Positions 57,270 through 57,774 of a stretch of DNA of 57,774 nt are shown here, piece by piece. Location: assembly GCA_035645995.1 (NCBI GenBank), contig DASRQG010000684.1:1-57774 (forward strand), read 5' to 3'. Within the stretch, counting starts at the first letter, position 1; every line of letters starts with the position of its first letter. Both the position numbers and the translations under genes were made by a program. Source of the stretch: Mariniphaga sp. (GTDB taxonomy: Bacteria; Bacteroidota; Bacteroidia; Bacteroidales; Prolixibacteraceae). The notes beneath the pieces were generated by a model. That model worked only from the letters and a program-made list of their open reading frames with translations. It searched no databases and was not told the DNA's origin.

Positions 57270-57774
57270 GTGAGTATCAGGGATATCAAACAGAAGCATA
57301 ATTTACTGGTAAATAATATTCCTGGAGTCATATATGCTCTGGATAAACATGGTTATTTTACTTTCGTAAGTGATTCAGTTCAGGAGGTCCTTGGGTATGG
57401 TACTGATGAGCTTATAGGGCGTCATTTCAGTTATGTTATACATCCAAATGACATTCAATCTGTGAGCAGAGAATTTTTGCTTCCTCGTTTTAATGGAATA
57501 ACTACCGGATCTGATCGATCGCCAAAATTATTTGATGAGAGAAGATCTTTTCCACGGATTACGAACAAGTTAAAAGTTCGTTTACGTTCAAAATCCTGCA
57601 AAGAAAAGACTGGTGAACAGGTTTTATTCTGTACTGTTAATTCATCAGGCCAATACTCAACCAAAACAAACGGGAAAAAGGTTTTTTGTGGTACAGCAGG
57701 AATAATTTTTGATGTAAATGCTGAAAAAATATCCCTTAGTTTGTTGGAACACTCTAAATATAGTGTGCTGGATC
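57270..57774 (+). CDS. PAS-domain signalling protein, 5' part (runs off the window; absent from the ORF track)
   Basis: GTG 57270 after AAGGA, open to the window end: LVNNIPGVIYALDKHGYFTFVSDSVQEVLGYGTDELIGRHFSYVIHPND...GTAGIIFDV. Confidence 0.85.
   Translation, partial: MSIRDIKQKHNLLVNNIPGVIYALDKHGYFTFVSDSVQEVLGYGTDELIGRHFSYVIHPNDIQSVSREFLLPRFNGITTGSDRSPKLFDERRSFPRITNKLKVRLRSKSCKEKTGEQVLFCTVNSSGQYSTKTNGKKVFCGTAGIIFDVNAEKISLSLLEHSKYSVLD

Overview
AT-rich bacterial window, probably from the FCB group and possibly Fibrobacterota. That placement is inferred from the short RpoD-type sigma factor and T9SS-like C-terminal tails. There are three blocks. (1) 0.7-8.2 kb is a cobalamin-riboswitch-led corrinoid uptake, salvage and remodelling operon: BtuB-like TonB receptor, beta-propeller lipoprotein, cobO/btuR, cbiR-like, cobU, cobT, cobS. 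(2) 8.5-52.2 kb is a ~44 kb Wzx/Wzy-type exopolysaccharide locus. It encodes a Wza-like protein, two Wzc paralogs (one a probable pseudokinase), a WecA-like priming transferase fused to a receiver-like domain, a deacetylase, an epimerase, GT2/GT4 enzymes, a flippase, a ligase/polymerase, a CapK-like ligase, and YdcF, DegT and FemAB proteins. Embedded in it is a 16 kb five-gene operon for a thioesterase-less hybrid NRPS/PKS with two Gly-specific A domains, two non-reducing KS-AT modules and one A-less module. The operon ends in a Cys-nucleophile/pseudo-hydrolase pair resembling exosortase-A-system hydrolases 1 and 2, so it is a candidate assembly line for decorating the polysaccharide. (3) 52.7-57.8 kb holds a PQQ sugar dehydrogenase, an MBL hydrolase, a sigma-70 factor, a small secreted protein and a partial PAS protein. 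A ~130-200 bp non-coding element with conserved hairpins, including a covarying pair and a GNRA loop, recurs 5-7 times in intergenic spacers. No rRNA, tRNA, CRISPR array or transposase was seen. All family assignments come from motif reading, not database searches.
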